This document shows, piece after piece, positions 1 to 9,449 of a stretch of 25,409 nucleotides of DNA. The stretch covers positions 558,001-583,409 of the forward strand of contig VRMN01000011.1 of NCBI GenBank assembly GCA_008690995.1, read 5' to 3'. Made by a program: the position numbers and the translations under genes. Origin of the DNA: Porphyridium purpureum. Its lineage: Eukaryota. Every line of letters begins with the position of its first letter. Position 1 is the first letter of the stretch. The notes under the pieces are model-generated. The model did no database searches. It saw only the letters and a list, made by a program, of their open reading frames with translations, and had not been told where the DNA came from.

Positions 1-1
1 G

Positions 2-505
2 GCGAATGGTGACGCGGTCGTCGTGGTGTATGTGCGGAAACATGACAAGAACGAGGAAGATTGCGTGCATCTCAACACGCAACTGGCGGTCGTGGCCATT
101 GAGGCGGGCATGGCTCGCTCAGAATCAGGCCAACTGCTTGCCGTCATGGACATGAGCGAGTTTGGCTGGGCACAGACCGACCTGGCCATGGCCAAGCGTA
201 TCATCTACCTGCTTTCGATTGCGTACCCGGAACGGCTGTCCAAAATGATTCTGTTCCGCGCATGGCTTCCCTTTCGCAGCTTTTACGCGCTGGTCAGCCC
301 CTTCGTAGACGAACGCTCCAAGCGTAAAGTCCATTTCGCGTCCGAGCTCAGCGAGCTGGAATCGCTTCACGCACTCACGCTTTCCGACCTCCCGGTGGAA
401 CTTGGCGGTACGCTGGACACTGCTACTGACTCAGATTCGGGCTGTTGGTGGGACGCCCTCGACCGCTCTGTCCTCCTTCACCAAGCCACCGACGCCGATA
501 AATGA
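2..505 (+). CDS. CRAL-TRIO (Sec14-like) lipid-binding domain protein, 5' end outside window
   Basis: Frame is open from the window start (ANGDAVVVVYVRKHD...). Motifs VMDMSEFGW, AYPERLSKMILFRAW, VSPFVDERSKRKVHF and LPVELGG match the CRAL-TRIO consensus (D..G.., YPERL..., .PF.D..T..KI.F, LP.E.GG). Confidence 0.85.
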   Translation, partial: ANGDAVVVVYVRKHDKNEEDCVHLNTQLAVVAIEAGMARSESGQLLAVMDMSEFGWAQTDLAMAKRIIYLLSIAYPERLSKMILFRAWLPFRSFYALVSPFVDERSKRKVHFASELSELESLHALTLSDLPVELGGTLDTATDSDSGCWWDALDRSVLLHQATDADK

Positions 506-619
506 TTACGCATATAAAGCTGACTGCGAGACAACTTTCAGGTACGTCTGGACTTCGAACGATCGGCAGCGGAGGCGACGACGAAGAATTTTTATGTGGG
601 GATTGGTTGGGTTGGCAGT

Positions 620-2797
620 ATGGCGGATATTCGTCTTCAGGCGGTGCACTCCGTGCCTGCCTCCGGGCCGCGGGGCGCTGGCACTTCCGATGGTGGGGCG
701 CTTGACATGGCAGACTTGCTGGCGGGGCTGGGTGACGAGAAGCAGCTGATGCGCGAGCGTGCGCTTCTGGCGCTTCGCAAGTGGTTGGGAAGCAGTGGCG
801 CCAACGAGGATCTTGGGACGGTTGTGGATGCGTTGCTTGGCGCGCTGGAGAAAGAGGCCGGGGCGGGGCAGGCGGAGGAACAGATGTGGCAGCTACGATG
901 CGGCCTACTTTTGGCGCTTCGCGACGTCGTGCTGTATTTGGAAACACATCGTGTGGATCCTGCGAACGGAAAGGACGTGAGTGCGGTCTTAAAGCCGCAG
1001 GACGAGGAGAGGATGGTCCAGCAGGCCATGATCGGGGTGGGCCGCGCAGAGCTGCGAGAGAGGCAGGCCGGTGCCCAGCTGCTCGGCGCAATGGCCAAGC
1101 TTCGCGGTGCGATTGTTTGGCGACAGACGGGTGACGCTCTGCTAGGGAGCGTCGAGGCGTCGTTTGAGCTGGACGAGAAGCAGCGCTCGCAGGAGAGTGC
1201 CGAGCTAGTGAAGCGTACCGCAAACGACTCAGCTCTGCAAAAGTCCGGCACGCAGCTGCTGCATGACACGGAAGGCTGGCGGAATCTTGAGACAAGCCTC
1301 AGCGCGGTGCGCTGCATTTTCGAGGCGTGCGGTGCGCAGATCTTTATGATGGCTCATTCCGAGTCGCCGGCTTTGGACGATAATGTTCACGCGCGGCTTC
1401 TCCCACTTGTGCTGCGCGCGCGCGAACACACCAACCGATTTGTGCGTGACACGGCGCTGTTTGTGCTGACGGCGCTGGTGGTGGGCGCGTCTGAATGTGA
1501 TCGTGCGAAGAAAGATGAACAAGACACGTCCCCACTGGCCCTTACCGAGCGTGTGGCCGAGTCCATTGCGCGCGGGCTCGATGACAACTGGACCCACGTG
1601 CGCTTTGCAGGCTGTGTTTGTGCGCGCGAGTTCATGTCGCGACTGGATCCTTCGCGCCGCGAGGCATTCTACCCGCTTCTGCTGGCGCGCATGTGCTTGA
1701 ACCGCCATTATGAGGCGGAGGGCGTGCGGTTGTACTCGCAGACGACCTGGAAGCTTTTGATGGGTTTGCAGGGACGTCAAACGCTCACAGAATACATTGC
1801 GAATGTCGTGGCATATTATACGACGCAGTGTGATGCAGACAACCACGCGGTGCGCGAGGCAGCTTGTCAGGCCTTTTCTGAGCTCGCCACGCAGCTTCCG
1901 GACGAGGCGGCCGTTATTCCGTTCATCCCAAGCATGCTTGGCGCACTTGTCAACTGCTTCAAGGATGAGAGTTGGTCAGTGCGCGACTGTGCGTGCACGG
2001 CGAGCGCGCAAATCGTGTCGCGCTTTGGCGCTTTGTCTGAAAATGGCGGCGCTGAGGCGTGCGCGTCGTCCTTACCAGAGCTGCACAGCCTTTGGGTGGC
2101 GCATCTAGCCGACAACGTTTCGACTATTCGTGCCAACTCGGCACGCGCGCTCGCGGAGCTTGCCGCAGTATTTGATGGGGATCATGCGCTTTGTGGGGCG
2201 AAGCGCGCTGTTGCAGAATGCCGTGCGCTGCTGCCGCGCGTACATGAGCAGCCGCGCGACTCGAAGAGATACGCTGCCACACAGGACACACAGTTTGGCG
2301 CTTCGCACAAGCTGGCGCGCGATAATGACCCCCAGTTGCACGAGAACCAAACCATGTATTCGTGTTGTTCGCCAGCACCAAAGCTAAAGCGCGGTGGCGG
2401 GTGCATGGACCACGGTTTTGCGCGCCACAAGCAGCCATGGGAGGAAACCGACGGAGCTCTGCGCCTGTTTGGCGCACTCCACCGCGTACAAAATAAGAAC
2501 ATCCACCCATGCGCCGAGCTGCTCGGCGACTTTGTGCAGCTCGCAGCTCAGATGAACACTGAATTTGCGCACGCGCCGTACCTGATCGAAGCCTTATGGC
2601 TCTCGCTGATCGAAGCGCTGCCAGCCATCTCGAAGGAGCAGCTCGAGCCTTTCGTTGCGGCACTGCTGCCGCCGCTGCACGCGGCGGAAAAGTGTAATCA
2701 TCCGTTGGCTGAGAACGCGGCGCGCAGCGCGGGCACGAAACTTCGTTCCAAACTTGGCTTCACGACGTGGAAGCAGGCAAGCGAAGCCGAACACTAG
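620..2797 (+). CDS. HEAT/ARM-repeat (alpha-solenoid) protein of unknown function
   Basis: Long uninterrupted GC-rich ORF (733 aa from the ATG at 596; ATGs at 620 or 707 are alternative starts). Repeated HEAT signatures: HTNRFVRDTA, DDNWTHVRFAG, ADNHAVREAACQAFSEL, KDESWSVRDCAC, ADNVSTIRANSARAL. Confidence 0.8.
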   Translation: MADIRLQAVHSVPASGPRGAGTSDGGALDMADLLAGLGDEKQLMRERALLALRKWLGSSGANEDLGTVVDALLGALEKEAGAGQAEEQMWQLRCGLLLALRDVVLYLETHRVDPANGKDVSAVLKPQDEERMVQQAMIGVGRAELRERQAGAQLLGAMAKLRGAIVWRQTGDALLGSVEASFELDEKQRSQESAELVKRTANDSALQKSGTQLLHDTEGWRNLETSLSAVRCIFEACGAQIFMMAHSESPALDDNVHARLLPLVLRAREHTNRFVRDTALFVLTALVVGASECDRAKKDEQDTSPLALTERVAESIARGLDDNWTHVRFAGCVCAREFMSRLDPSRREAFYPLLLARMCLNRHYEAEGVRLYSQTTWKLLMGLQGRQTLTEYIANVVAYYTTQCDADNHAVREAACQAFSELATQLPDEAAVIPFIPSMLGALVNCFKDESWSVRDCACTASAQIVSRFGALSENGGAEACASSLPELHSLWVAHLADNVSTIRANSARALAELAAVFDGDHALCGAKRAVAECRALLPRVHEQPRDSKRYAATQDTQFGASHKLARDNDPQLHENQTMYSCCSPAPKLKRGGGCMDHGFARHKQPWEETDGALRLFGALHRVQNKNIHPCAELLGDFVQLAAQMNTEFAHAPYLIEALWLSLIEALPAISKEQLEPFVAALLPPLHAAEKCNHPLAENAARSAGTKLRSKLGFTTWKQASEAEH

Positions 2798-3152
2798 ACC
2801 TAAATACTGTGGAAAATCCAACAGGCCCGGACCCACAGGTACAACTGCTCCACTATAAGCAAACGCCACTGTTCCGAGAGGCCTTCTTTATGATACCAAG
2901 TATTTCGATGCTAAATGCTGAAGCCTCTATGTCAAAACTTTGGAGTTTCTCCTACAAAACTGTACTTCCACTGTGCAAGGTTAAATATTTCATGCAGGTA
3001 GCTGCCTCTTGCAGCTGTCGCAGACGGCGTCGTGGGGCGTACAGCACAGCCTCACCTCGTGCGTAAATAGCGCGCCCCACTTTCGAGGTGCGCCGTGCGG
3101 TGCGAAGGTTAGAAGTAGACATTAGCGTGGAGAATAGACAATACTAAAAGTT

Positions 3153-3538
3153 TGTTGTGCTAAAAAGTGCCAAGGGGCGGAGAAGCTACCTCCTGCGAAG
3201 CCGACCGCGCGTACGCTGTGGGAATCCCATTGGCGGCCGCGTAGCAGCCTTCTCCGCGCTGTGTAGGTCTCTCCGGGGTTGCTCACACCCCGTGAAACCA
3301 GTTAGAAAAAGCGACACTCGAACTCTAAAGACAGGCCAATCCTGCTCCGCGCTGCTGCACCAGCCCTTTATATAGAGCAGCCGCGAGGGCTGGGACCATC
3401 GCACCCTCCGCGCGAACGTCCGGCCGGGTCGCTCTCGCCCCGGATACCGGTCGTGTCGACCACTAGCTGATCAGCAGGTCGTACGCTCGCTCGCGCCCCC
3501 TCAATTGAGCATCCTCGGGCGAGTTCGCTTTTTCAACA
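3153..3538 (-). repeat. 3' LTR of a degenerate Copia element (about 386 bp)
   Basis: TGTTG...CAACA termini (3153-3157 and 3534-3538). On the minus strand it is directly preceded by the purine tract TTGAGGGGGCG (3539-3549), which encodes the classic Copia pol end SLRGRV. TATATAAA lies at 3367-3374 (minus). The partner LTR is not in the window. Confidence 0.7.
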
Positions 3539-4291
3539 CGCCCCCTCAAACTAGCGTCGGTTAAATGTCTGCGAAATGAATCCGCGCTTAGATGTTTCGT
3601 CAGCATGTCAGCCATATTGTCTTTCGTGCCCACCTTGTCCAGCTCCGTATCTCCGCGACAATAAAGATTGTGTAGCATACTCACACTGATCCCATGATAC
3701 TTCAAGGAGGCACGCAGACGTGCGGAACAACCTTTTCGGATGGTCGAGATGACGGCCGCGTTGTCCGTGAGGGTCTTCCCACAGACGCTCTTCCCCAGGG
3801 AGCTTTCCATTAATTCGAGGGAAGGCACCATGGAATGATTAGTCGCTTCGTTCAGCACAATAATCTCGGCTTCCGTCGTACTGTCCGCTGTCGTCCGTTG
3901 CAACTAACTTCTCCAACCTAGTATGCCCACACGCCTTTGCCCCTGAACTGAGTCTTGAACCTCATAAAACGTTACCCATCCACTCGTGGACTTCCTCGTT
4001 GTGGCGCACCCCCCGCGATCTGCATCTAGTAACATGACCACGCATGCCCTGCTTGATTCTTCTGCATTGTGTGTGACGGACGTAATTTGAGACTGTGTCT
4101 GCGTTGGACAACAACGTCGCCGATGGCGGATGCGTGCACGATCAGTCTGTTCGCCATGCGGATGGATTCCTTTCATAGGCGCGGATCCATGAGGGCTTCG
4201 AAGTTGTTGGTCATGTGGCTGGATGCCCCTGAGTCCAAAACCCAGCCGTCGTTCCGGTCTGCGCGCACGACGTCGGCCCAAGTCCGCCCTT
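3463..4291 (-). pseudogene. Internally deleted Ty1/Copia pol remnant (protease joined to RNase H)
   Basis: Protease motif GWVLDSGASSHMT (about 4210-4250), with a stop at 4173-4175. A frame switch then leads into RNase H: LDADRGGCATTRKSTSGW...GWRS*LQRTTADSTTEAE...TDNAA...DNMADMLTK. No integrase or RT motifs lie between them. Confidence 0.85.
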
Positions 4292-4311
4292 CAGTCCGTG
4301 TGTTAAAATAT
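4292..4311 (+). repeat. Orphan terminus matching the left end of the 6480-19332 transposon
   Basis: CAGTCCGTGTGTTaaaatat at 4292 versus CAGTCCGTGTGTTgaatat at 6480 (first 13 nt identical). It sits where recognisable Copia coding sequence ends. Confidence 0.6.
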
Positions 4312-4321
4312 GAGGAAGGTA

Positions 4322-5756
4322 CAGTCCTGGCCAAGATGTTTGCAACACCCTCATAAAAAGTGAAATTCGTGTAAAAGTGAAGAATCTTGATAGGCAAGGG
4401 CATGTTTTGAGCACGCCACTCGATCGCGCGTCCCAAGAAACACTGGGGCGCGTCCAACCGGGAGGGAAAGGCAAGGAAAGAGCGGGTGGGCAATGGAGAC
4501 AGCAAAAAGGGGGTATTGGCGAGCGGCGCAGGTTTTGGAATGTGAGAAAGAAAACACGAAGATCAAGAAGGATGAGACTTTAGTACTTGGTGTGGTGGCC
4601 GCGCGCGTCCAGTACAGCTTGAAGACGGCGAGGCATGGACTCTAAAAGTGGAACTACGTACTTTTGGGCCTCGGTCGCCCACGCCGCAAGGACGGCAGCC
4701 TTAAGTTCTGCGACGCGTGCGAACTGGCGGCCTTTTTGGTAAACCACGCGCGGCAAGACGCCCCAAATGTTTTCAATTGGGTTAAGGTCCAGAGACCTTG
4801 CAGGCCACGGCAGCACAGTGACGCCGAGTGCGTCGAGCCACGCCTTGGTCGAGTTGGCCGTATGTGCCGGGGCATTGTCTTGCTGGAAAGTGAAATTGAA
4901 GTCATACATTTCCAGGCCGAACGGAAGCAAGGCTTCCAGCAAGACTTGTTGATACTTCACGGCATTCAAGCCACCCTCGACGAAGACGGCCATTGTTAGG
5001 CCGCGCAGGGACATACCGGCCCACATGTGAACCTTGCCACCTCCAGATTGCTGGCGCCTGGCGTACGAACTTGACTTGGCGCGACAGTCGACCCATCGCT
5101 GTGAGGAGCCGAACGGGCCATCGCAGCTCCAAATCTTCTCGTCTGAAAAGATCACTTGATGCCAGAAAGCCATTGGTTTCGCAATGAATGCGGTGGCAAA
5201 CGCCAATCGCTTGCTGGTGTTGTCAGACGACAGCGAAGGTTTCCGCGAGACTCGCTTGTAGCGAAGAAAGCCTGCTGCTTGAAGCGTCCGACGCACTGTC
5301 CTGGCCGAGCACTGCAAGTGCAGCTCGTGAACCACCTGTCCGGACGTCAGTGCATCAACAGATACGGCGCGAATGGTGCGGCGTTCCGATTTGCGACTCA
5401 AAAGCCGTTTCGGACCTGGCTTCTTGCGGACGATCCGGTGCCCCGTTGGCACAAGAAAATGACTGACAGTTGCATAGGATGGCCGCGAGCGATCTGGGCG
5501 CGTCATGAAGCCTTCGCAATTGCTCGTGCCGACAGCTCCTGGCCCGCAAGGGCGTCGATCTGCCCTTTTTCGTGTTCCGACAGTCACGGCGCCATCGTTC
5601 GGCCGTTGCGCGCTCAATTTCGATCTGGAGACTCTCCACTTGCGCACGACGAGATGGATCAGCGAGCGAAGATCCTTTGAGCACCTTCTGATGGTCTGGG
5701 GAAAACAAAAACGCGCGCGCCGCGCCTTGGTTCATCGTCATGCTCGATGTGAACAA
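4322..5756 (-). mobile_element. Tc1/mariner-superfamily DNA transposon (one TIR visible; other boundary uncertain)
   Basis: TA at 4320-4321 is followed by CAGTCCTGGCCAAGATG, similar to the Tc1 terminus CAGTGCTGGCCAAAAAG. The region contains a DD34E transposase. I did not find the matching inverted end in the window, so the right coordinate is approximate (start of the AT-rich tract). Confidence 0.7.
4580..5595 (-). pseudogene. Tc1/Tc3-like DD34E transposase, N-terminus disrupted
   Basis: Catalytic motifs VIFSDEKIW, FQQDNAPAH and SLDLNPIENIW, with 34 residues between the second D and the E. C-terminus SMPRRLQAVLDARGHHTKY. The N-terminal HTH (MAP*LSEHEKGQIDALAGQELSARAIAKAS*) starts at ATG 5595 in a different frame and contains stops. 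Confidence 0.9.
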
Positions 5757-5874
5757 TGTTAAAAAAGAGTTAAAAATAAGCTTTCTATTAAAATGGGCTA
5801 TTTTACTATAAGATCCATTTTTTGGACCAAAATGCAGGTATAAACAGTTAATTTCTGTCTCCGCAAACGGTTTA

Positions 5875-6070
5875 TGTCGCTACCGAGGTATGTGGGTACA
5901 GTTGCCTGCGATATAAGATAGCGGCCGGTCTGGCAAACCTGTGGCGACAGTGGTGGAGAGAGAGAGAGTGGACAGAGAGTAGTAAAGAGGACTTATAGTT
6001 CCCGGCCCATGGTAGCGGGTGAGAGCCCCCCAAAGCTGACTACTCGTCCACACGGAAGATAGCAACAGCA
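5875..6070 (+). repeat. 5' LTR (196 bp)
   Basis: TGTCGCTACC...GATAGCAACAGCA. Identical to 23802-23997 except G/A at the third-last base. Confidence 0.95.
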
Positions 6071-6081
6071 TTGAATTCAAT
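6070..6081. promoter_or_regulatory. 12-bp palindrome ATTGAATTCAAT at the expected primer-binding-site position
   Basis: Perfect palindrome overlapping the last LTR base. There is no TGG-starting tRNA-complementary PBS here. Confidence 0.55.
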
Positions 6082-6183
6082 CCGTTGCGTGGATTGTCTT
6101 CGGGGAGAAGGAAGGAATATTCCTATCACAATGAGAAAACAAAGAGAACTTTCGCCCTCTGGGCAGGCCTGTGTAGGCACAGG

Positions 6184-6479
6184 ATGTCTCAGTTAAGCGG
6201 ATCGGCTCTATCCACCCGCGTGCTAGAGGCACGCGAGTTGACGGAAGAGTACAAAGCACAAATGGCAGACAAGGACACGGCGGAGATCTTGGAGTCCCTT
6301 CAGGTTATGTTCACCGGCGAGATCATCAAGAATCTGGGGCCTGTCGGCCAGTTCTCATTCTACAGGTGGCTTGTAGACAAAGGAGTCACGATTCCTGAGA
6401 AAGACCATGGTGGGAACATAATCCCTGTTCTTTTCCGCCTTTTACCATTGTTGTCAGTCAGCCAGCGGGATCCGGGATC
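6184..6479 (+). pseudogene. Copia gag-pol, 5' fragment (interrupted at 6480)
   Basis: ATG at 6184 (MSQLSGSALSTRVLEARELTEEY...QRDPG-TC) joins in frame to 19335 once the insert and one TC copy are removed (...RDPGSTSNVQATF...). Confidence 0.85.
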
Positions 6480-6530
6480 CAGTCCGTGTGTTGAATATTT
6501 GCCCGTACTTTGAGAACCGAATACACCCAG

Positions 6531-6648
6531 GAAAAACTGACCGAAAAACTGACCGAAAAACTGAAATAAAGTGTAAGCAGGCCAAGATCAGCTTTTCGGT
6601 CAGTTTTTCGGTCAGTTTTTCGGCCAGTTTTTCGGTCAGTTTTTCGGT
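6531..6648. repeat. Left subterminal 12-bp repeat array (3 copies GAAAAACTGACC, then 5 inverted copies CAGTTTTTCGGT)
   Basis: Copies at 6531, 6543 and 6555. Inverted copies at 6589, 6601, 6613, 6625 and 6637. Confidence 0.95.
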
Positions 6649-6797
6649 TACGCCCATTACATTTAAGCATTACCCATTTATAAATTACTTTCTTAGACAT
6701 TACCAGATTTTAGAAATTACGTTTCGCGACATTACCAGACTTTGAAACCGGAATCTTTATCGGTTCACTTTTATTTCAAATTTGAGTCCTTACTTTT

Positions 6798-9449
6798 TTA
6801 GAAAAACGCATCCACACAGTCGTCGTCGTTGATCTGTCGATTCGCATCTTGTGCAAGATGGAGGTTAATCTTTTTGTCCGTCAGGATGTTGATCAATGAA
6901 GATTTACCGTATGCAATCACTGCCTCCCACAATCCGCGGCGCAACTCGACAATGTTGTCTGTATCCGTGTTGATATGTACCATCGTACTGTCCGAAAGTA
7001 TACGAGGCATTGAAGCGACAATATTCTGGATGTAAATTTTGAGGCACTTCGCATCCGACAAAAGTTTACGCTGCTCCATCATCCGGGTCATGCTGTCGTT
7101 GACTAAGCATGGATCGAACTCGTCACTTCTCAATCCGGATCTGTACAACATCGTCGACATCGGAAACGGCTTCCCCCACTGACCAGGTAAAGATCCGAAG
7201 TTGATTCTCTTCAGCGCTTCATTGAGACTCGTCCCCTCTCCGAATGTACGAAGAAAGTCGATGATGTTTCCGTGTTCATCAGTGAAACGTTTTGTCGATT
7301 TCGGATGAAGAATGTAGTTGGTACGCTCTTTCGACTTCAGCATTCGGTAATGTGTGACAAGTCGCCGTGTTCGTAGATTCTGTGCACTGCATGTGACTTG
7401 AGCTCCATATATGGAACAATCCGGATTGTCTGAATCATGTGTACAGGAAAGCATATACGATAAAACTGTCGTTACGGCTTGCTCAAAGTTTCGATTGTCC
7501 TGACACTCGGTGATCAATACATCTTCGAAGTCATTCGCTGTCCAGGCAACTGATACGGATTGACGAGTAGGCGTCCTTCCGGATCGAAGCGAACGCATTG
7601 TAGCGTAGAGTAGTGCGTAAATCCGAAGTCCAGTTGCGATAAGCTCAACAAATATCCCTGAATTCGCATCTTCGAAATCGTCGAGTCTGAGAATGTTGAG
7701 ATCTTTCAGCGGCCTTGGGATGTGCTTGCAGACGAATGTTGCTGGATTCAGGAATACCGGCCACACTTGATGTCCGATTACGCATCGTGTCACATGGCGA
7801 AGAAGCAGGATGGATTTTTGATCGGATGATAAGTTTGTCTCACCGAGAGATTGAAGAAATGCGTATGTGGTTTCGTCATTAGCATGTGCATTGTTTGGTA
7901 AGTGCGCATCGCTGTTTCGCACGTCGAATGTATGCGACAGCAGAATATTTCCAGCCTTCGGTGACTTGAGCGACAAGCCGACGAACAAGTTCTTTCGTAT
8001 CGTCGTATATATCAGGTTCAATGATCGCTCGCGTGCGGCTCTCAATTCGACGACTTGAATCGTACTCAGCTTTGTCATATCCGTAGGAATGTATGAGTTA
8101 CACAAATCACCAATCGTGTCTGATGTATTATTCGAATAGTATGCATTGTACCACGCACCGCTCTTTTGCGTGATTGGTTTTGTCAAACCTTCGTCGAGCT
8201 TTGATGTGGATGAGCATGCCTTGGATTTGGATCGCTGTCTCATCGAATGTTCTGCATACGCTGGTTCGGATACCTTGCGGTTGTCGTCTTCATTTCTGCT
8301 ATGCGCATCGAGTGCAGCCAAACATTCTTCGGTGATAGTCAGTGGTACGAGTGGTGCCGCTCCACTTCGAAAAAATGCGAGAAGATCCAAATCACAAATG
8401 CTGCCTGGAGTGTATGGTTTAATTCGCGACGTGTTTCGCATCTTCAGTTTAGACTTCTGCTTGAACTGTGAACGGGTATTCGATAACGTGAGCGCGACCG
8501 TTGCATCTGAGTTGGTCATTGTTATTGTCGCAGCGCCGTCGAATACCGGAGTAGGACGATGAGTCTCAAAAACTGCGTCATTCGCTTGATCCGGATACGT
8601 ATTATTCGGATTATCATCGCATAATACGTTTGCCTGTGATGGACTTTCATCCTTGTCCATCGGCGACTGCATTACTTCGGTCTCACTTTCGCGAAGTGGT
8701 GGTAGCATCGGATGTTGCGGATCAACAGTCTGAGGAAGACCAGTGCATTCAATCGCAGCATATGGTGGGAAACCAGCATCGAGAAGAGTCAATGACTCAT
8801 ACGGTTCGTCATCTGTACTCGCAGAATTCGTTGGTTTGTGTTTGATCCGAGCAGCCGTTGTCGTCGGTGCCCGTGTTTCCGTGTGAAGCTGTTGAATCCG
8901 CGTGGTATTTGTGTTCGTTCTTGTTGCCAGGTTCGCGGATTTCTTTCGACACTTGCGCTTATTCGGATGGTTGAAGGGCGAGTCATTGTCTGTATCGTCA
9001 ATCCTTTGTGTTGCATTCTTTTCTGTTTCGGCGAATGTATCATATGTGTGGTCAGCGCATGTATTTTTGCCGAACAATTTCAATGCAGCACAGGTCGTAT
9101 GCATCGTCTTTTGGCATCCATCTGCTAGACATGTGATTGTGTCGTACTGGTCGTCGTCGGATGCGATTGTATTCGACGAATTCAAACGACTGCATTCTCC
9201 GGATATGTGAACTGCGAAACACGGTTGCCGATCACTGGCGGTAGTGGGTTGAAGAATCGCATCGGTCGACGCCTTGATGTACCGCTTTCTTTGAGCTGCC
9301 TTCCCGGTCTTGCTCGTTATCTTCTCCAAATCCGTGTTCCCTAGCAATGACGGTGCGTCAGCCTTTGACAGACATCCGGATCTTCCGCGCCCTTTACGCC
9401 GCCCTGAATCCACAGTTTCTTTGTACATCCTTTTACCGATTCCGCGCAT
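6798..9449 (-). CDS. Transposon-borne protein (883 aa) with an N-terminal PHD-like Zn finger, a disordered linker and an unknown C-terminal domain
   Basis: Uninterrupted 2.65-kb ORF. The stretch CFAVHISGEC...CLADGCQKTMHTTC...CADH has the C-x4-C-x4-H-x2-C core of PHD fingers. The true start may lie further upstream. Confidence 0.7.
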   Translation of the reverse strand: MRGIGKRMYKETVDSGRRKGRGRSGCLSKADAPSLLGNTDLEKITSKTGKAAQRKRYIKASTDAILQPTTASDRQPCFAVHISGECSRLNSSNTIASDDDQYDTITCLADGCQKTMHTTCAALKLFGKNTCADHTYDTFAETEKNATQRIDDTDNDSPFNHPNKRKCRKKSANLATRTNTNTTRIQQLHTETRAPTTTAARIKHKPTNSASTDDEPYESLTLLDAGFPPYAAIECTGLPQTVDPQHPMLPPLRESETEVMQSPMDKDESPSQANVLCDDNPNNTYPDQANDAVFETHRPTPVFDGAATITMTNSDATVALTLSNTRSQFKQKSKLKMRNTSRIKPYTPGSICDLDLLAFFRSGAAPLVPLTITEECLAALDAHSRNEDDNRKVSEPAYAEHSMRQRSKSKACSSTSKLDEGLTKPITQKSGAWYNAYYSNNTSDTIGDLCNSYIPTDMTKLSTIQVVELRAARERSLNLIYTTIRKNLFVGLSLKSPKAGNILLSHTFDVRNSDAHLPNNAHANDETTYAFLQSLGETNLSSDQKSILLLRHVTRCVIGHQVWPVFLNPATFVCKHIPRPLKDLNILRLDDFEDANSGIFVELIATGLRIYALLYATMRSLRSGRTPTRQSVSVAWTANDFEDVLITECQDNRNFEQAVTTVLSYMLSCTHDSDNPDCSIYGAQVTCSAQNLRTRRLVTHYRMLKSKERTNYILHPKSTKRFTDEHGNIIDFLRTFGEGTSLNEALKRINFGSLPGQWGKPFPMSTMLYRSGLRSDEFDPCLVNDSMTRMMEQRKLLSDAKCLKIYIQNIVASMPRILSDSTMVHINTDTDNIVELRRGLWEAVIAYGKSSLINILTDKKINLHLAQDANRQINDDDCVDAFF

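Noticed and set aside
423..2663. Long antisense/alternate-frame ORFs over the HEAT gene (e.g. 423-1295, 637-1317, 1229-1846)
   Set aside because: These are expected shadows of GC-rich coding sequence, with low-complexity translations and no motifs.
5955..5968. (GA)n microsatellite
   Set aside because: It is part of the LTR and has the same length in both copies, so it is not an independent feature.
6531..6648. 12-bp repeats read as a CRISPR array or telomeric/satellite repeat
   Set aside because: There are no unique spacers and no cas genes. The units are mirrored at 19072-19313 just inside TIRs, so they are transposon subterminal repeats.
6454..6745. Short ORFs with TEKL/KTDR/SVSF repeats (also 19121-19450)
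   Set aside because: They are translation artefacts of the 12-bp repeat arrays.
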